Below, in pieces: positions 28,789 to 39,003 of a stretch of DNA of 48,840 nucleotides. The notes under the pieces were generated by a model. The model made no database searches, was not told the origin of the DNA, and saw only the letters and a list, made by a program, of their open reading frames with translations. Position 1 is the first letter of the stretch; each line of letters opens with the position of its first letter. Made by a program: the position numbers and the translations under genes. The stretch is from Nakamurella sp. (GTDB lineage: Bacteria; Actinomycetota; Actinomycetes; Mycobacteriales; Nakamurellaceae): positions 1-48,840 of the forward strand of contig DATDBV010000494.1 of NCBI GenBank assembly GCA_036524715.1, given 5' to 3'.

Positions 28789-28841
28789 GCTCACATCCCG
28801 CTCACACCCTCATTGGGAACAATGATCCGACGCCGGCCGTT
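28789..28841 (+). promoter_or_regulatory. sigE upstream region: 11-bp-period direct repeat and ECF (SigH/SigE) promoter
   Basis: GCTCACA at 28789 and 28800 (OmpR-family/MprA-box-like spacing). GGAAC-N17-CGTT at 28816-28841. Confidence 0.6.
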
Positions 28842-28870
28842 GAGACCGGCGAACGAACCCGGAGGTGGTT

Positions 28871-29464
28871 TTGCTGTCCAGCGTCCCCGTCACGACCGGC
28901 CCCGTGTGGACCCCGCCGGCCTGGGACGAGATCGTCCGTGATCACGGCGACCGGGTCTATCGGCTGGCCTACCGGCTGTCCGGCAACGCCCACGACGCCG
29001 AGGACATCACCCAGGAGACCTTCATCCGGGTCTTCCGATCCCTGGACAACTTCCAACCCGGATCCTTCGAGGGCTGGCTGCACCGGATCACCACGAACGT
29101 GTTCCTGGACCTGGTCCGGCGGCGTCAGCGGATCCGGATGGAGGCACTGCCCGAGGAGACCGACCGGATCGCCGGCCGCGAGCCGTCCCCGGAACAGGCA
29201 TTCAGCGACGCCCACCTGGACCCGGATCTGCAGGCCGCGCTGGACGAGTTGCTGCCCGAGTTCCGCGCGGCGGTGGTGCTGTGCGACGTCGAAGGGCTGA
29301 CGTACGAGGAGATCGGGGCCACCCTGGGGGTGAAACTGGGTACGGTCCGCTCGCGGATCCACCGGGGCCGGCTGGCCCTACGGGCCGGCCTGGAGCGGCG
29401 CCGGGCCGCGCGCGCGGACGCGGCCGGCCCGGACGGTCGCAACGGTGTGGAGGCGGTGCGATGA
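28871..29464 (+). CDS. sigE: ECF RNA polymerase sigma factor SigE
   Basis: [33 protein letters not shown] and [16 protein letters not shown] at 28861 favours TTG at 28871; GTG at 28865 is the alternative. Confidence 0.93.
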   Translation: MLSSVPVTTGPVWTPPAWDEIVRDHGDRVYRLAYRLSGNAHDAEDITQETFIRVFRSLDNFQPGSFEGWLHRITTNVFLDLVRRRQRIRMEALPEETDRIAGREPSPEQAFSDAHLDPDLQAALDELLPEFRAAVVLCDVEGLTYEEIGATLGVKLGTVRSRIHRGRLALRAGLERRRAARADAAGPDGRNGVEAVR

Positions 29465-29991
29465 CATTGGGTCCGATCGATCACCTGACGCTCGACGCCG
29501 TCGTCGCGTACGCCGACGGCGAAATGGCGATGGTGTCCTTCCAACGGGCGGCTGCGCACGTCGCCCAATGCCCGCAGTGCGACGCCGAGGTTCGCGCCCA
29601 GCTGGTGGCCCGGTCCTGGCTGCGGTCGGCCGAGGCGCCGGCGATGCCGACCAGCCTGCTGGACGCGCTGCGGTCGATCCCGGTGGCGCTGCCCGCCACC
29701 GACAGCGTGCGCGCCACCGACAGTCTGCGCCGGACCGACGACTACCCGGGAACGGGCCGGCGGACCGGCGGCGGGCACGACGTCGTGCCGCAACATCAAC
29801 GTGGTGCCCAACGGAGCCGCCGGTTTCGATTCCTGGGCACGGGCGCGCTGGTCGCGGGATTGACCATGGGCGTGCTGGTCGGGGCCGAACCCGCCGTCGA
29901 ACCCGATGGTCACCCGGACGGCCCGCAGGTCGCCCATATCAGTCCGGCGACGGCCAACCCGGTCGCCACCGCCGGGTGGGGCACACCCTAG
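29461..29991 (+). CDS. rseA: Zinc-binding anti-sigma factor RseA
   Basis: HL…AYADGE and HVAQCPQC (HxxxCxxC). ATGA overlap with sigE. Confidence 0.85.
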   Translation: MTLGPIDHLTLDAVVAYADGEMAMVSFQRAAAHVAQCPQCDAEVRAQLVARSWLRSAEAPAMPTSLLDALRSIPVALPATDSVRATDSLRRTDDYPGTGRRTGGGHDVVPQHQRGAQRSRRFRFLGTGALVAGLTMGVLVGAEPAVEPDGHPDGPQVAHISPATANPVATAGWGTP

Positions 29992-30029
29992 CGGTGCCCG
30001 GCCTCGACCACGACCGCGACAATCGGGCG

Positions 30030-31514
30030 GTGCCGAACGGAACACCCCACTCGCCCAACGGCGGATCGCCGCCCGCCGACCAGGCGTCCATGCCGGCTCG
30101 CGGCCGACTCGTGGATTCGGTCCAGGCCGGCGCCTACGCCCGACCGGGCGGGGTGAACGGGTCGTTCGGGCCCCGACCGCACCGCGGACCGGCCACGCTC
30201 GGCGCCCCACCCGTCCCCGAGTACCTGGCCGACGCGTTCGGCCGGGCACCGGGCGAATCGAGCATCGGGCAGCCTCCGCCGGCCGCTGTCCCGCCGCCTG
30301 AAGCGCCCGCCGAGGACCCGTGGCGGAATCCGGCCTCGGGCGCGCAGCTCGGCCCCCCGGCGCTGACCGGCGAGCCGCGGGAGACAGCGGCCGCGCCGCC
30401 GGCCGAGCGGTTCACGTTGCGCCAGGCACTGTTCGAGCGGCGCCTGCGACCGTCCGCGATCATCGGTGTCCTGGTCACCGCCCTGCTCATCGGTGTGGTC
30501 GGCGCGGCGATCGGAGTGTTCGCCGCGGGCCGGCTGCCGGCCCCGATCACCGACCCGTCGTTCGAACTCGCGCCGGTCTCACCCGGTATCACCCGGGAGC
30601 CGGGTTCGGTGGCGGACACCGCGGCCAAGGTCCTGCCGTCGGTCGTCTCGCTCGAGATCCGCACCGGCGACGTGGGGGAGACCGGATCCGGCGTCGTCAT
30701 CGACGGCAACGGCTACATCCTGACCAACAACCACGTGGTGTCCACCGCGGCGACCGACCCGTCGGCCGCTCTCAGTGTCATCTTCGACGACGGCGCGCAG
30801 AGCCGGGTGCCGGCGGTGATCGTCGGGCGCGACCCGCTGACCGACCTGGCGGTGATCAAGGTCGACGTCAGCGACGCCACCGTCGCGCAACTCGGCGACT
30901 CGTCGGCGCTCGCGGTCGGCGATCCGGTCATCGCGATCGGCTCGCCGCTGGGCCTGGCCGGCACCGTCACCACGGGCATCGTCTCGGCGAAGAATCGGCC
31001 GGTGCGGCTGCAGGGCGGTGGGTCGGACACCGACGCCGTCATCGACGCCATCCAGACCGACGCCGCGGTCAACCCCGGCAACTCCGGCGGCCCCCTGGTC
31101 GACGCCAGCGGCGCGGTGGTCGGCATCAATTCGGCGATCCGCACGCTGGGCGGCGACGCGAGCGGGTCGATCGGGCTGGGCTTCGCCATTCCGATCGCGA
31201 CCGCCAAGGAGGTGGCCGAGCAGATCATCCGGTCCGGCAGCGTCCAGCATTCGACCATCGGGGTGAACGCCCGCTCGGCCACCGACGGGGTCACCGACGG
31301 CGCGCAGGTGCAGAACGTGCTGGGCGGCGGCCCGGCCGCGGCGGCCGGCATTGCCGAGGGGGACGTGATCACCAAGGTCGGCGACCGCTCCGTCGGCAAC
31401 GCGGACGAACTGATCGTCGCGGTCCGGCAGAACCCGGTCGGGGCCACGGTGCCGGTCGTGCTGCTGCGGGAGGGCCGAGAGATGACCGTCCCGGTGACGC
31501 TCGGCGCCGAATAA
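30030..31514 (+). CDS. htrA: HtrA-family membrane serine protease with PDZ domain; start uncertain
   Basis: TM helix, GSGVV, TNNHV, DLAVI, NPGNSGG and C-terminal PDZ (GDVIT). Confidence 0.92.
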   Translation: MPNGTPHSPNGGSPPADQASMPARGRLVDSVQAGAYARPGGVNGSFGPRPHRGPATLGAPPVPEYLADAFGRAPGESSIGQPPPAAVPPPEAPAEDPWRNPASGAQLGPPALTGEPRETAAAPPAERFTLRQALFERRLRPSAIIGVLVTALLIGVVGAAIGVFAAGRLPAPITDPSFELAPVSPGITREPGSVADTAAKVLPSVVSLEIRTGDVGETGSGVVIDGNGYILTNNHVVSTAATDPSAALSVIFDDGAQSRVPAVIVGRDPLTDLAVIKVDVSDATVAQLGDSSALAVGDPVIAIGSPLGLAGTVTTGIVSAKNRPVRLQGGGSDTDAVIDAIQTDAAVNPGNSGGPLVDASGAVVGINSAIRTLGGDASGSIGLGFAIPIATAKEVAEQIIRSGSVQHSTIGVNARSATDGVTDGAQVQNVLGGGPAAAAGIAEGDVITKVGDRSVGNADELIVAVRQNPVGATVPVVLLREGREMTVPVTLGAE

Positions 31515-31594
31515 CCGTCGGGCGCCGGCGCCCCGTCGATATCCTGACGACGCGGAACCCGCGGCCACCACATCGCACGGAGGGGAGGCTGATC

Positions 31595-32212
31595 ATGTTC
31601 GGCCTCTCCTGGGGTCAGATCACCATCATCGTGCTCGTCGGCGTCTTCATTCTGGGCCCCGAGCGGATCCCCACGGCGGTGCGGTGGGTGACGGACAGCC
31701 TGCGCAAGCTCCGGACGATGGCCGCCGGTGCGCAGGCCCAGCTCAACCGGGAGATCGGCCCCGAACTCGACGAGCTGCGACGGCAGATCGCCGACCTGCA
31801 GTCGCTCAAAGAATTGCAGGAGTTGCGCGAACTGCGGGAGCTGCATCCCAAGCGGCTGATCGGCAACACCATCCTGGGCGAGGAGTTCACCGGCGGCGGC
31901 ATCGGCGGCCTCCTGGGATTGAACAAAAGCTCCGATGGGGGCGGGACTCCGAACGGCGCGCCGGACCGGACGGTGCCGGTCCAGTCGGTCAAGCCCGTCT
32001 CGGCCGTGCCGCCCAGCTCGCCGGCGGCCGCGCCGGAGTCCGGTGGCGGTCCGGTGCCCGTCGCGGGGGCCGCACCGGCGCCCGTCGCGGGGGGCGCACC
32101 GATGGGACGACTGGCCGCGCCCAAGGTCGTCGGTGCCCCGCGCCGCTCGCCCGCACCGACCGCGCCGGCCGCGAACGCGGCCCCGGCCGGCTTCGACCGC
32201 GACGCCACCTGA
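31595..32212 (+). CDS. tatB: Sec-independent translocase subunit TatB
   Basis: MFGL…ILGPERIP, C-terminal D.DAT, GGAGG RBS, position after htrA. Confidence 0.9.
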   Translation: MFGLSWGQITIIVLVGVFILGPERIPTAVRWVTDSLRKLRTMAAGAQAQLNREIGPELDELRRQIADLQSLKELQELRELRELHPKRLIGNTILGEEFTGGGIGGLLGLNKSSDGGGTPNGAPDRTVPVQSVKPVSAVPPSSPAAAPESGGGPVPVAGAAPAPVAGGAPMGRLAAPKVVGAPRRSPAPTAPAANAAPAGFDRDAT

Positions 32213-32233
32213 TCACGGGACCTGGTCGGGCGC

Positions 32234-33379
32234 TCAGACGCCGGCGCGGTCCCGGCGGCCGATCGGGGAGATGCCCAGCGCCACTCGGGCCAGCGGACGC
32301 GTCTTGGCGGCCAGGAACTCGGCGACCCCGCGCAGCGCCTCGGCGGCCGGGCCGGCCCCGTCGCCCAACACCAGGGGCATTCCGGTGTCGCCGGCCGTGC
32401 GCAACTCGACATCCAGCGGCACCTGGCCCAGCAGCGGCACGGCGGTGCCGGTGATCCGGCTCAACGACGCCGCCACGTCCTGCCCGCCGCCGGAGCCGAA
32501 CAATTCGAGCCGGGTGCCGTCGGGCAGCGTCATCGCGCTCATGTTCTCCACCACCCCGACGATCCGTTGCCGGGTCTGATTCACGATCGAGCCGGCCCGC
32601 TCGGCCACCTCGGCGGCCGCCGCCTGCGGGGTGGTGACCACCAGGATCTCCGCGGTCGGCACCAGCTGGGCGGTGGAGATCGCGATGTCGCCGGTGCCCG
32701 GCGGCAGGTCCAGCAGCAGGACGTCCAGGTCGCCCCAGTAGACGTCGGCCAGGAACTGCTGCAGCGCGCGGTGCAGCATCGGTCCGCGCCACACCACCGC
32801 GACGTTGCCGTCGACGAACATGCCGACGCTGATCACCTTCACCCCGTGCGCGACCGGCGGCAGGATCATGTCGCCGACCCGGGTCGGCCGCGCCGTGATG
32901 CCCATCATCCGCGGCACGGAGAAGCCGTAGACGTCGGCGTCGACAACCCCGACGGACAGGCCACGCGCGGCCAGCGCGGCGGCCACGTTGACGGTCACCG
33001 TGGACTTGCCCACCCCGCCCTTGCCGGACGCGACCGCGTACACCCGGGTGCGGGATTCGGGCTGGGCGAACGGGATCTCCTTGCCCGGTCCGCCGCGCAG
33101 CTTGTCCCGCAGGGCGGTCCGCTGCTCGTCGGTCATCACGCCCAGCTCCAGCCGCAGGTCGGCGACACCGGGCACGGCGCGAACCGCGGCGGTGACGTCG
33201 CGGACCAGGGTCTCGCGCATCGGGCAGCCGGCGATGGTCAGCAGCAGAGTGAAGCCGACGACGCCGGCCGGGTCGATCGTCAGGCCCGTCACCATGTCCA
33301 GTTCGGTGATCGGCCGGCGGATCTCGGGGTCCTTGACGGTGGCCAGCGCGTCGCGCACGGCCTGCTCGGTGACGGTCAT
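32234..33379 (-). CDS. mrp: Mrp/NBP35 Fe-S cluster carrier ATPase
   Basis: V.DPEI, GCPM, SGKGGVGKS, DADVYG, WRGPM and DLPPGTGD. Confidence 0.95.
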   Translation of the reverse strand: MTVTEQAVRDALATVKDPEIRRPITELDMVTGLTIDPAGVVGFTLLLTIAGCPMRETLVRDVTAAVRAVPGVADLRLELGVMTDEQRTALRDKLRGGPGKEIPFAQPESRTRVYAVASGKGGVGKSTVTVNVAAALAARGLSVGVVDADVYGFSVPRMMGITARPTRVGDMILPPVAHGVKVISVGMFVDGNVAVVWRGPMLHRALQQFLADVYWGDLDVLLLDLPPGTGDIAISTAQLVPTAEILVVTTPQAAAAEVAERAGSIVNQTRQRIVGVVENMSAMTLPDGTRLELFGSGGGQDVAASLSRITGTAVPLLGQVPLDVELRTAGDTGMPLVLGDGAGPAAEALRGVAEFLAAKTRPLARVALGISPIGRRDRAGV

Positions 33380-33555
33380 GATGTCCCTGCTGGTCTCGAT
33401 CGTCGGTGCATGAGTTCCTCCGGTACGGCGGACGAACCGGTCATCAGCCAGGTTACGTGCAGCGACATCCCGACGAAGCATCACGCCGGCTCCCATGACC
33501 CACACATGTGCATGTGCCAGCATTGAGGTTCCGGTCGAGTTGGAGGTGTGTTCGC

Positions 33556-34065
33556 ATGACGTCGCCCATCGGTTTCCGCACCGTCGGGTCGGTGCCGAAT
33601 CTGCCCACCCCGCCGACCGGGTTCGCGGTGGCCGCGTATCCGACGTACGCCAGCGCGCAGGCCGCCGTCGAGCAGCTCATCAAGCACGACTTCTCGATCC
33701 AGGACGTCACCATCGTCGGTTCGGACCTGCAGCTCGTCGAGCGGGTGACCGGTCGGCTCACCGCCGGCAAGCTGGCGGCTGCCGGCGCCGCGTCCGGGGC
33801 GTGGATGGGGCTGTTCGTCGGCCTGCTGATGTTCGTCTTCTCGCCCGTCCAGAGCGGGGTTCTGGTGCTGGTCCTGGCCGCGGTCGCGGTCGGCGCCCTG
33901 TTCGGCTCGGTCATGGGATACCTGGGTTACTCGGTCGCCAAGGGGCGCCGTGACTTCACCTCGGCGTCGCAGGTGGTGGCCCGTCGGTACGACGTACTCT
34001 GCCAGCCCCGGACGGCCGAGCAGGCCAGGGACATCCTGGCCAAAATGGAACTGGGACATCGCTAG
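33556..34065 (+). CDS. General stress protein-like membrane protein (Rv1234-like)
   Basis: Y.TY..AQ.AV..L, IVGSDL..VERVTGRLT, two TM helices and RRDFTS. GGAGG RBS. Confidence 0.82.
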   Translation: MTSPIGFRTVGSVPNLPTPPTGFAVAAYPTYASAQAAVEQLIKHDFSIQDVTIVGSDLQLVERVTGRLTAGKLAAAGAASGAWMGLFVGLLMFVFSPVQSGVLVLVLAAVAVGALFGSVMGYLGYSVAKGRRDFTSASQVVARRYDVLCQPRTAEQARDILAKMELGHR

Positions 34066-34182
34066 GCAATACGGTTCCTCCGTCACCGGATTGCCCGCGC
34101 CCCGTCCTAGCTCTGAGAACATTGGCGGCCTCGCAAGCTCGGCCGACCGCGGACGACGCTGACAGCGACCTCGAACGGAAAC

Positions 34183-34212
34183 CGGCCCGGCAGGAGAGAT
34201 CCTGCCGGGCCG
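34183..34212. terminator. Hairpin between convergent genes
   Basis: CGGCCCGGCAGGA-gaga-TCCTGCCGGGCCG perfect 13-bp stem. Confidence 0.75.
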
Positions 34213-34228
34213 ATTTGCGTGTCTGAGG

Positions 34229-34606
34229 TCAGGCCAGCGCCTTGGCCTTGAGCTGCTCGAACTCCTGCTGGGTGATGGTGCCGTTGTCCAGCAGCGCCTT
34301 GGCCTCGGTGATGTGCTCGGCCGGGGACTTGCCGGCGACGTCCCGGATGTAGGCATCTGTTTGCGATCGTGCCTGCTGAACCGCGGACAGCTGCCGCTCC
34401 GACATGCCCTTGCCGCGGGCGATCACGTAGACCAGTGCCGTGAGATACGGGAAGAAGATCAGGAAAATGATCCAGAGCGCCTTCCACCAACCGCTGAGCT
34501 GGTGATCACGGAACAGGTCGGTCAGGATGTAGAAGAGCACGAACAGATACGCGACGAAGACAAAGCTCCAGATCACGATCCAGATGATGCTCCAGAAGTT
34601 CTCCAC
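34229..34606 (-). CDS. PLDc_N plus SHOCT domain membrane protein
   Basis: DLFRD..LSGWWKALW and C-terminal LLDNGTITQQEFEQLKAK. GGAGG RBS. Confidence 0.87.
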   Translation of the reverse strand: MENFWSIIWIVIWSFVFVAYLFVLFYILTDLFRDHQLSGWWKALWIIFLIFFPYLTALVYVIARGKGMSERQLSAVQQARSQTDAYIRDVAGKSPAEHITEAKALLDNGTITQQEFEQLKAKALA

Positions 34607-34836
34607 GGTGTACCTCCAGTTCGCGGCCGGTGTCCTCCGGCCGGCCTTCGAGCGGCCGCGATGCGCGCTCTCGACTTGCGTGGTCCGGGGATCCCCGGAG
34701 TCCGGAGAAAATCCTGGCACATGGACGGACCCGGTTGATCACCCGGTTCGGAGGGTCGGCCACATTTCGGTGACAAGAGGATGTCGAATCGACCCGGAGC
34801 GACCGGATCTCCAGGGTGCTCGGGCGTCGGGCCGGG

Positions 34837-35919
34837 TCAGAGCCAGCCACGTCGGCGGAACGTCACGTACAGCGTCACGCACAGCGTGATGATCACGCCC
34901 AGCACCATCGGATAGCCGAAAGTCCAGGTCAACTCGGGCATGGCCTCGAAGTTCATGCCGTAGATGCCGGCGACGGCGGTCGGCACCAGGGCGATCGCCG
35001 CCCAGGCCGAGATCTTTCGCATGTCCTCGTTCTGCCGGGTGGTCACCTCGGCCAGCGCCGCGTTGACGAGTGTGGTGAGCATCTCGTCAAAGGTGGCGAC
35101 GCGGTCGGCCACCACGGACAGGTGATCTTCGACGTCCCGGACGTACGAGCGGATCTTCTTGGGCATCAGCTCGGTCGGTGTGCCGGTCAGCGACCGCATG
35201 GCCGGCAGCAGCGGCGACACCGCCCGGCGCAAACCGAGGATCTCCCGTTTGAGCAGATAGATCTGCTCGATGTCGACCGGCCGATTGGGCGTGAAGACGG
35301 AGTTCTCCATCTCGTCGATGTCGTCTTCGACCGCTTCCACGACCGACAGGTACTCGTCGACGATGTGATCGGCGATGGCGTGCATCACCGCGGACGGACC
35401 GATCGCCAGCTGTTCCGGGTCGGCCTCCAGGGCGGCCCGGACCGTCCGCAGTTGGGAGTGGGCGCCGTGCCGGACGGTGACGATGTAGTCGGGGCCGAGG
35501 AAGATCATGATCTCCCCGTCCTGGACGATCTGGGAGGCGTTGCCAGCGGTGTGCTCGACGTAGGCCACCGTCTTGAGGACCAGGAAGAGCCCGTTGTCAT
35601 AGGTGTCCAGCTTGGGCCGCTGATAGGCCTGCACCGCGTCCTCGACGGCCAGCTCGTGCAGGCCGAACAACTCGGCGAGGAAGGTCATCTCGTCCTCGTC
35701 GGGCTCGTGCAGCCCGATCCAGACGAAGCCCCGGCCCTCGGTGCGGACCCTGGCGATGGCCCGAGCCGGGTCGTCGCACCCGTGCACACGTGTCCCGCTG
35801 AAGTAGGCCGCACAGTCGACGATCGCCTCGGCGTGCTTGGCGGCCGCGTCGTCGCTCGGGCCGGCGCCATTGCGGTGCCGCTGTTGTCGAAGCGAGGGCA
35901 GGGAGGGCAGGACGGGCAT
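34837..35919 (-). CDS. corA: CorA-family Mg2+/Co2+ transporter
   Basis: FVWIGL.EP, HELAVEDA, QNEDMRKIS and GIYGMNF. GGAGG RBS. Confidence 0.95.
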   Translation of the reverse strand: MPVLPSLPSLRQQRHRNGAGPSDDAAAKHAEAIVDCAAYFSGTRVHGCDDPARAIARVRTEGRGFVWIGLHEPDEDEMTFLAELFGLHELAVEDAVQAYQRPKLDTYDNGLFLVLKTVAYVEHTAGNASQIVQDGEIMIFLGPDYIVTVRHGAHSQLRTVRAALEADPEQLAIGPSAVMHAIADHIVDEYLSVVEAVEDDIDEMENSVFTPNRPVDIEQIYLLKREILGLRRAVSPLLPAMRSLTGTPTELMPKKIRSYVRDVEDHLSVVADRVATFDEMLTTLVNAALAEVTTRQNEDMRKISAWAAIALVPTAVAGIYGMNFEAMPELTWTFGYPMVLGVIITLCVTLYVTFRRRGWL

Positions 35920-36149
35920 GGCCACCTCCTCGATGGTCGGACGCGACGCGGATCGGTGCAGGTCAGGACGGATGCGGCGGTGAATGTCGAGTTCTGCCCG
36001 ACGAGCGTACTCGCGAAGAGTCCCGGGGGTGGGCCGTCGCGTCGGCCGGCCCGGGACCGCGCGATGAACGGCAGCTGCATGGTCGGTGAACGCCTCCTCC
36101 CGCGAGCCCGCCGCGTCGGCGGTCGGGGCCAACCGGCAGGATGGACCGC

Positions 36150-37013
36150 GTGCTCATCGACCTGCACGCGCACTCCACCGCCTCCGACGGCACCGACACC
36201 CCGGCCGAGTTGATGGCGGCCGCGACGGCCGCCGGCCTGGATGTCGTGGCCATCACCGACCACGACAACACCATGGGCTGGACGCCGGCGCTGGCCGCCC
36301 GACCGGCCGGATTGACGGTCATCCGCGGGGCCGAGTTCTCCACGCTCGTGCGCACCCCGGACCGGCGGACCAGCGTGCACCTGCTGGGCTACCTGTTCGA
36401 TCCGGAGCACCGGGCGATCGTCGACGAGCAGGCTCGGCTCCGGGAGGAGCGGCTGCACCGGGGCATGGCCATCGTGGACAAGATGGTGGCGGCCGGCGTG
36501 CCGATCACCGCCGAGCGGGTGCTGGAGATCGCCGACGGGGCACCGGTGGGCCGCCCGCACATCGGCCGGACGTTGGTCGAGGCGGGCGTCGTGGAGTCGG
36601 TGGACCAGGCGTTCGCGCTGCACCTGTCCGGCCGTGGGCCGTACTACGTGCCCAAGGCAGACACCGACCTGCCGACCGCGATCGGCATGATCACCGCGGC
36701 CGGCGGGGTCAGCGTCATCGCCCACCCCCGGGCCAGGGGGGAGCGGCGGGTGCTGTCGCAGGAGTACCTGGCCGAGCTCGCCGAGCTCGGCCTGGGTGGG
36801 CTCGAGGTGGACCACCCCGACCACGACGAAGCCGATCGGGTCGAGCTGCGGGCGATCGCCGACCGGCTCGACCTGCTGACCACCGGATCCTCGGACTATC
36901 ACGGGACCAACAAGGTGCTGCGGCTCGGTCAGGAGGCCACCGATCCGGAGGTCCTGGCCCGGATCATCGAGTCGAGCAACGGGATCACCGAGCCGGTCGG
37001 CCCGGGCGGGTGA
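36150..37013 (+). CDS. PHP domain metal-dependent phosphoesterase (TrpH/YciV-like)
   Basis: IDLHAHSTASDG, ITDHD, HLLGY, GRPHI, AHP and GSSDYHG. ATG at 36141 is an alternative start. Confidence 0.92.
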   Translation: MLIDLHAHSTASDGTDTPAELMAAATAAGLDVVAITDHDNTMGWTPALAARPAGLTVIRGAEFSTLVRTPDRRTSVHLLGYLFDPEHRAIVDEQARLREERLHRGMAIVDKMVAAGVPITAERVLEIADGAPVGRPHIGRTLVEAGVVESVDQAFALHLSGRGPYYVPKADTDLPTAIGMITAAGGVSVIAHPRARGERRVLSQEYLAELAELGLGGLEVDHPDHDEADRVELRAIADRLDLLTTGSSDYHGTNKVLRLGQEATDPEVLARIIESSNGITEPVGPGG

Positions 37014-37351
37014 TCCCGGACGCACCCGTGGTCCACGGCGCAGGGGCCGCGCACCGGTTCGGCCCGGCGGTGCGGGTGCTGGACACCCTGGCCGGCCTGC
37101 TCTCGGCCGGTCTACTGGTCCTCGGTGTGCTGCTCCTGCTTACCCAGTTGATCGCGCCCTTGTCGGCGGCCGGGTGGGGGCAGGCCGCGGGTCCGGGTTG
37201 GCCGTCCGTGCTCGCGCATCTGAGCGTCGGCGTCGTTGGGGAGTTGGTGGTGCGATTGCGCGGCCGGTTGCCGCGCGCGCTGCGTGTCACGGCGGATGGC
37301 GCGGTCGTCTTCTCGGCCGGGTTCGTCGTCGCGTGGGCCTGGTGGCCCTGA
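37010..37351 (+). CDS. Small hypothetical membrane protein (about 3 TM)
   Basis: GTGA overlap with the PHP gene, hydrophobic segments, followed by a hairpin. Confidence 0.6.
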   Translation: MIPDAPVVHGAGAAHRFGPAVRVLDTLAGLLSAGLLVLGVLLLLTQLIAPLSAAGWGQAAGPGWPSVLAHLSVGVVGELVVRLRGRLPRALRVTADGAVVFSAGFVVAWAWWP

Positions 37352-37356
37352 TGCCT

Positions 37357-37395
37357 GGGGAAGATCCGGTTGCCCAGCGCGACCGGATCTTCCCC
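37357..37395. terminator. Hairpin between convergent genes
   Basis: GGGGAAGATCCGGT…ACCGGATCTTCCCC 14-bp stem. Confidence 0.75.
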
Positions 37396-37426
37396 GGCAG
37401 GTTCGATGCTTCTGCGGGCGTTCCGA

Positions 37427-38872
37427 TCATCCGAGCCCGACCACCTGGTCGCCGCGCGTTTCGATGATCATCGAACCGACCGCGGCGACGTCGACCCGTC
37501 CGGAGTAGCCGCCGCGATCGACGGCGACGACGGCCGGCACGATCCCCGGATTGCCATTGGCCGAGGCGACGGCGGCCAGCCCACCGTTGACCGGGAGCAG
37601 TACCTGATCGCCGACCGGGGCGGGCAACCCGAGCACACCCGACCGGGTCCAGGCAACGGACAGGTCCTGGATCTGCTTGGTGACGGTGCCGGGATCGGAG
37701 CCGGCCAGGTCGGATGCCAGCACCCCGGGGGTCGGCGGCTCCGCGGTCGCGGCCAGGTCATCGGTCGCGGTCGGGGTCGGGGTGGTCGTCACCGTCGCCG
37801 GCTGCTGGTCGACCGCGATGAGCGAGTCGCCGACCACGGAGAACCGCAGCCCGCCGTTGCGGACCGACGGTGTGGGCGCCGTGCCACCGGCCTCGGTCAG
37901 CCGGTCGGCCGCCACGATCGCCTGGGCCGGTATGTCGACCGGGGTGCGGCCGACCTCGGCGCCGGCGGTGTCGTACAGGACCACCGCGGGCTCGGGATCG
38001 GAGACCAGGACCGCGACCCGGTCGGCGGTGATCCCCACCAGCCGGGCCGCCGAAGAACCGGTATCGATCTCGGCCCGCGGGGTGTGTTTGAACACGTCCT
38101 GGTCGTCCGGCTTGTCCGGTGCCGAATCCGGGGTGGTCCAGTTGAGCACCACCCGGGCCGTGTCTCCTTGGGCCGCGCAGTGCTCGACGGTGGCGAACTG
38201 CTGATCGTCGATGATCATGTCGGTGAAGCTGCAGCCGGTGTGCGTCGCGTTGGGCTTCGGTGGGGCGGGCAGGTCGCCGTACTGGATGGTGCGGACCAGG
38301 TCGTCGCGCCACAGTTCGACCAGGGACGGGCCGAGCCAGCCGGCGTAAGGCCCGCCGAAGGCCAGTGCGCCGCCGGCCTGGTTGGGGCTGGTGCGGTAGT
38401 AGTGCCGGTCCCCGGTGACCGGGTCGAGCAGCATCATCTGCGAGCAGTAGCCGTTCTTGTTCGACACCACCATGACCCCGCGCACCTTGCCCCGGACGGT
38501 GACGCCCGGTGCGTCGGTGTCACCGGAGCCGATGGCGCACAGCGGCTCGACACCCCGGTCGTAGGACCAGCGGCGCTCGCCGGTGACCGCGTTGTAGGCC
38601 ACCGCCGCGGTGCCCTGGGCGGTGACCACCACCCCGTACGGCGAGGCGACCGCGCCGACTGTGGGATCGGTGGGCAGGGTCCACTTCTGGGTCAAAGCAC
38701 TGGGGACCGACTCCGGCGCGGCGGGCACCGGGAGTTCCGGCCCGGTCGCGCTGGACGTCGCCCGGACGTCGCTGGTCAGGTAGATCACCGCGGCGACCGC
38801 CAGGACGACCAGGGCGACGACGCCGGCGACGATCCGGTCGATGCGTCGTCGGCGGGTCGAGCTGAGCGTCAC
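37427..38872 (-). CDS. Rv3212-like membrane-anchored PQQ-type beta-propeller protein
   Basis: N-terminal TM, TGERRWSY, paired Cys, ELWRDDLVRT..YG and E.RGD.VVGL C-terminus. Downstream of the DEAD helicase. Confidence 0.75.
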   Translation of the reverse strand: MTLSSTRRRRIDRIVAGVVALVVLAVAAVIYLTSDVRATSSATGPELPVPAAPESVPSALTQKWTLPTDPTVGAVASPYGVVVTAQGTAAVAYNAVTGERRWSYDRGVEPLCAIGSGDTDAPGVTVRGKVRGVMVVSNKNGYCSQMMLLDPVTGDRHYYRTSPNQAGGALAFGGPYAGWLGPSLVELWRDDLVRTIQYGDLPAPPKPNATHTGCSFTDMIIDDQQFATVEHCAAQGDTARVVLNWTTPDSAPDKPDDQDVFKHTPRAEIDTGSSAARLVGITADRVAVLVSDPEPAVVLYDTAGAEVGRTPVDIPAQAIVAADRLTEAGGTAPTPSVRNGGLRFSVVGDSLIAVDQQPATVTTTPTPTATDDLAATAEPPTPGVLASDLAGSDPGTVTKQIQDLSVAWTRSGVLGLPAPVGDQVLLPVNGGLAAVASANGNPGIVPAVVAVDRGGYSGRVDVAAVGSMIIETRGDQVVGLG

Positions 38873-38946
38873 GGTGGCGAGCCTACGGTGCGACCCACCA
38901 GGTTCCGGTGAGCCCGGGGATCTGGGCTTAGGCCGGGTATCTCATC

Positions 38947-38980
38947 GGAAGAAATGTGCGACCTACCGCACTTTTCCTCC
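38947..38980 (-). terminator. Imperfect hairpin downstream of the DEAD-box helicase
   Basis: GGAAGAAATGTGCG…CGCACTTTTCC, about 25 nt after the stop. Confidence 0.45.
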
Positions 38981-39003
38981 GCCAGAGCCGGATGTGAGCA
39001 GGG

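Noticed and set aside
34684..34750. Short palindromes upstream of the SHOCT gene (CCGGGGATCCCCGG and others)
   Set aside because: GC-rich palindromes of this length are expected by chance, and I saw no second copy in the window.
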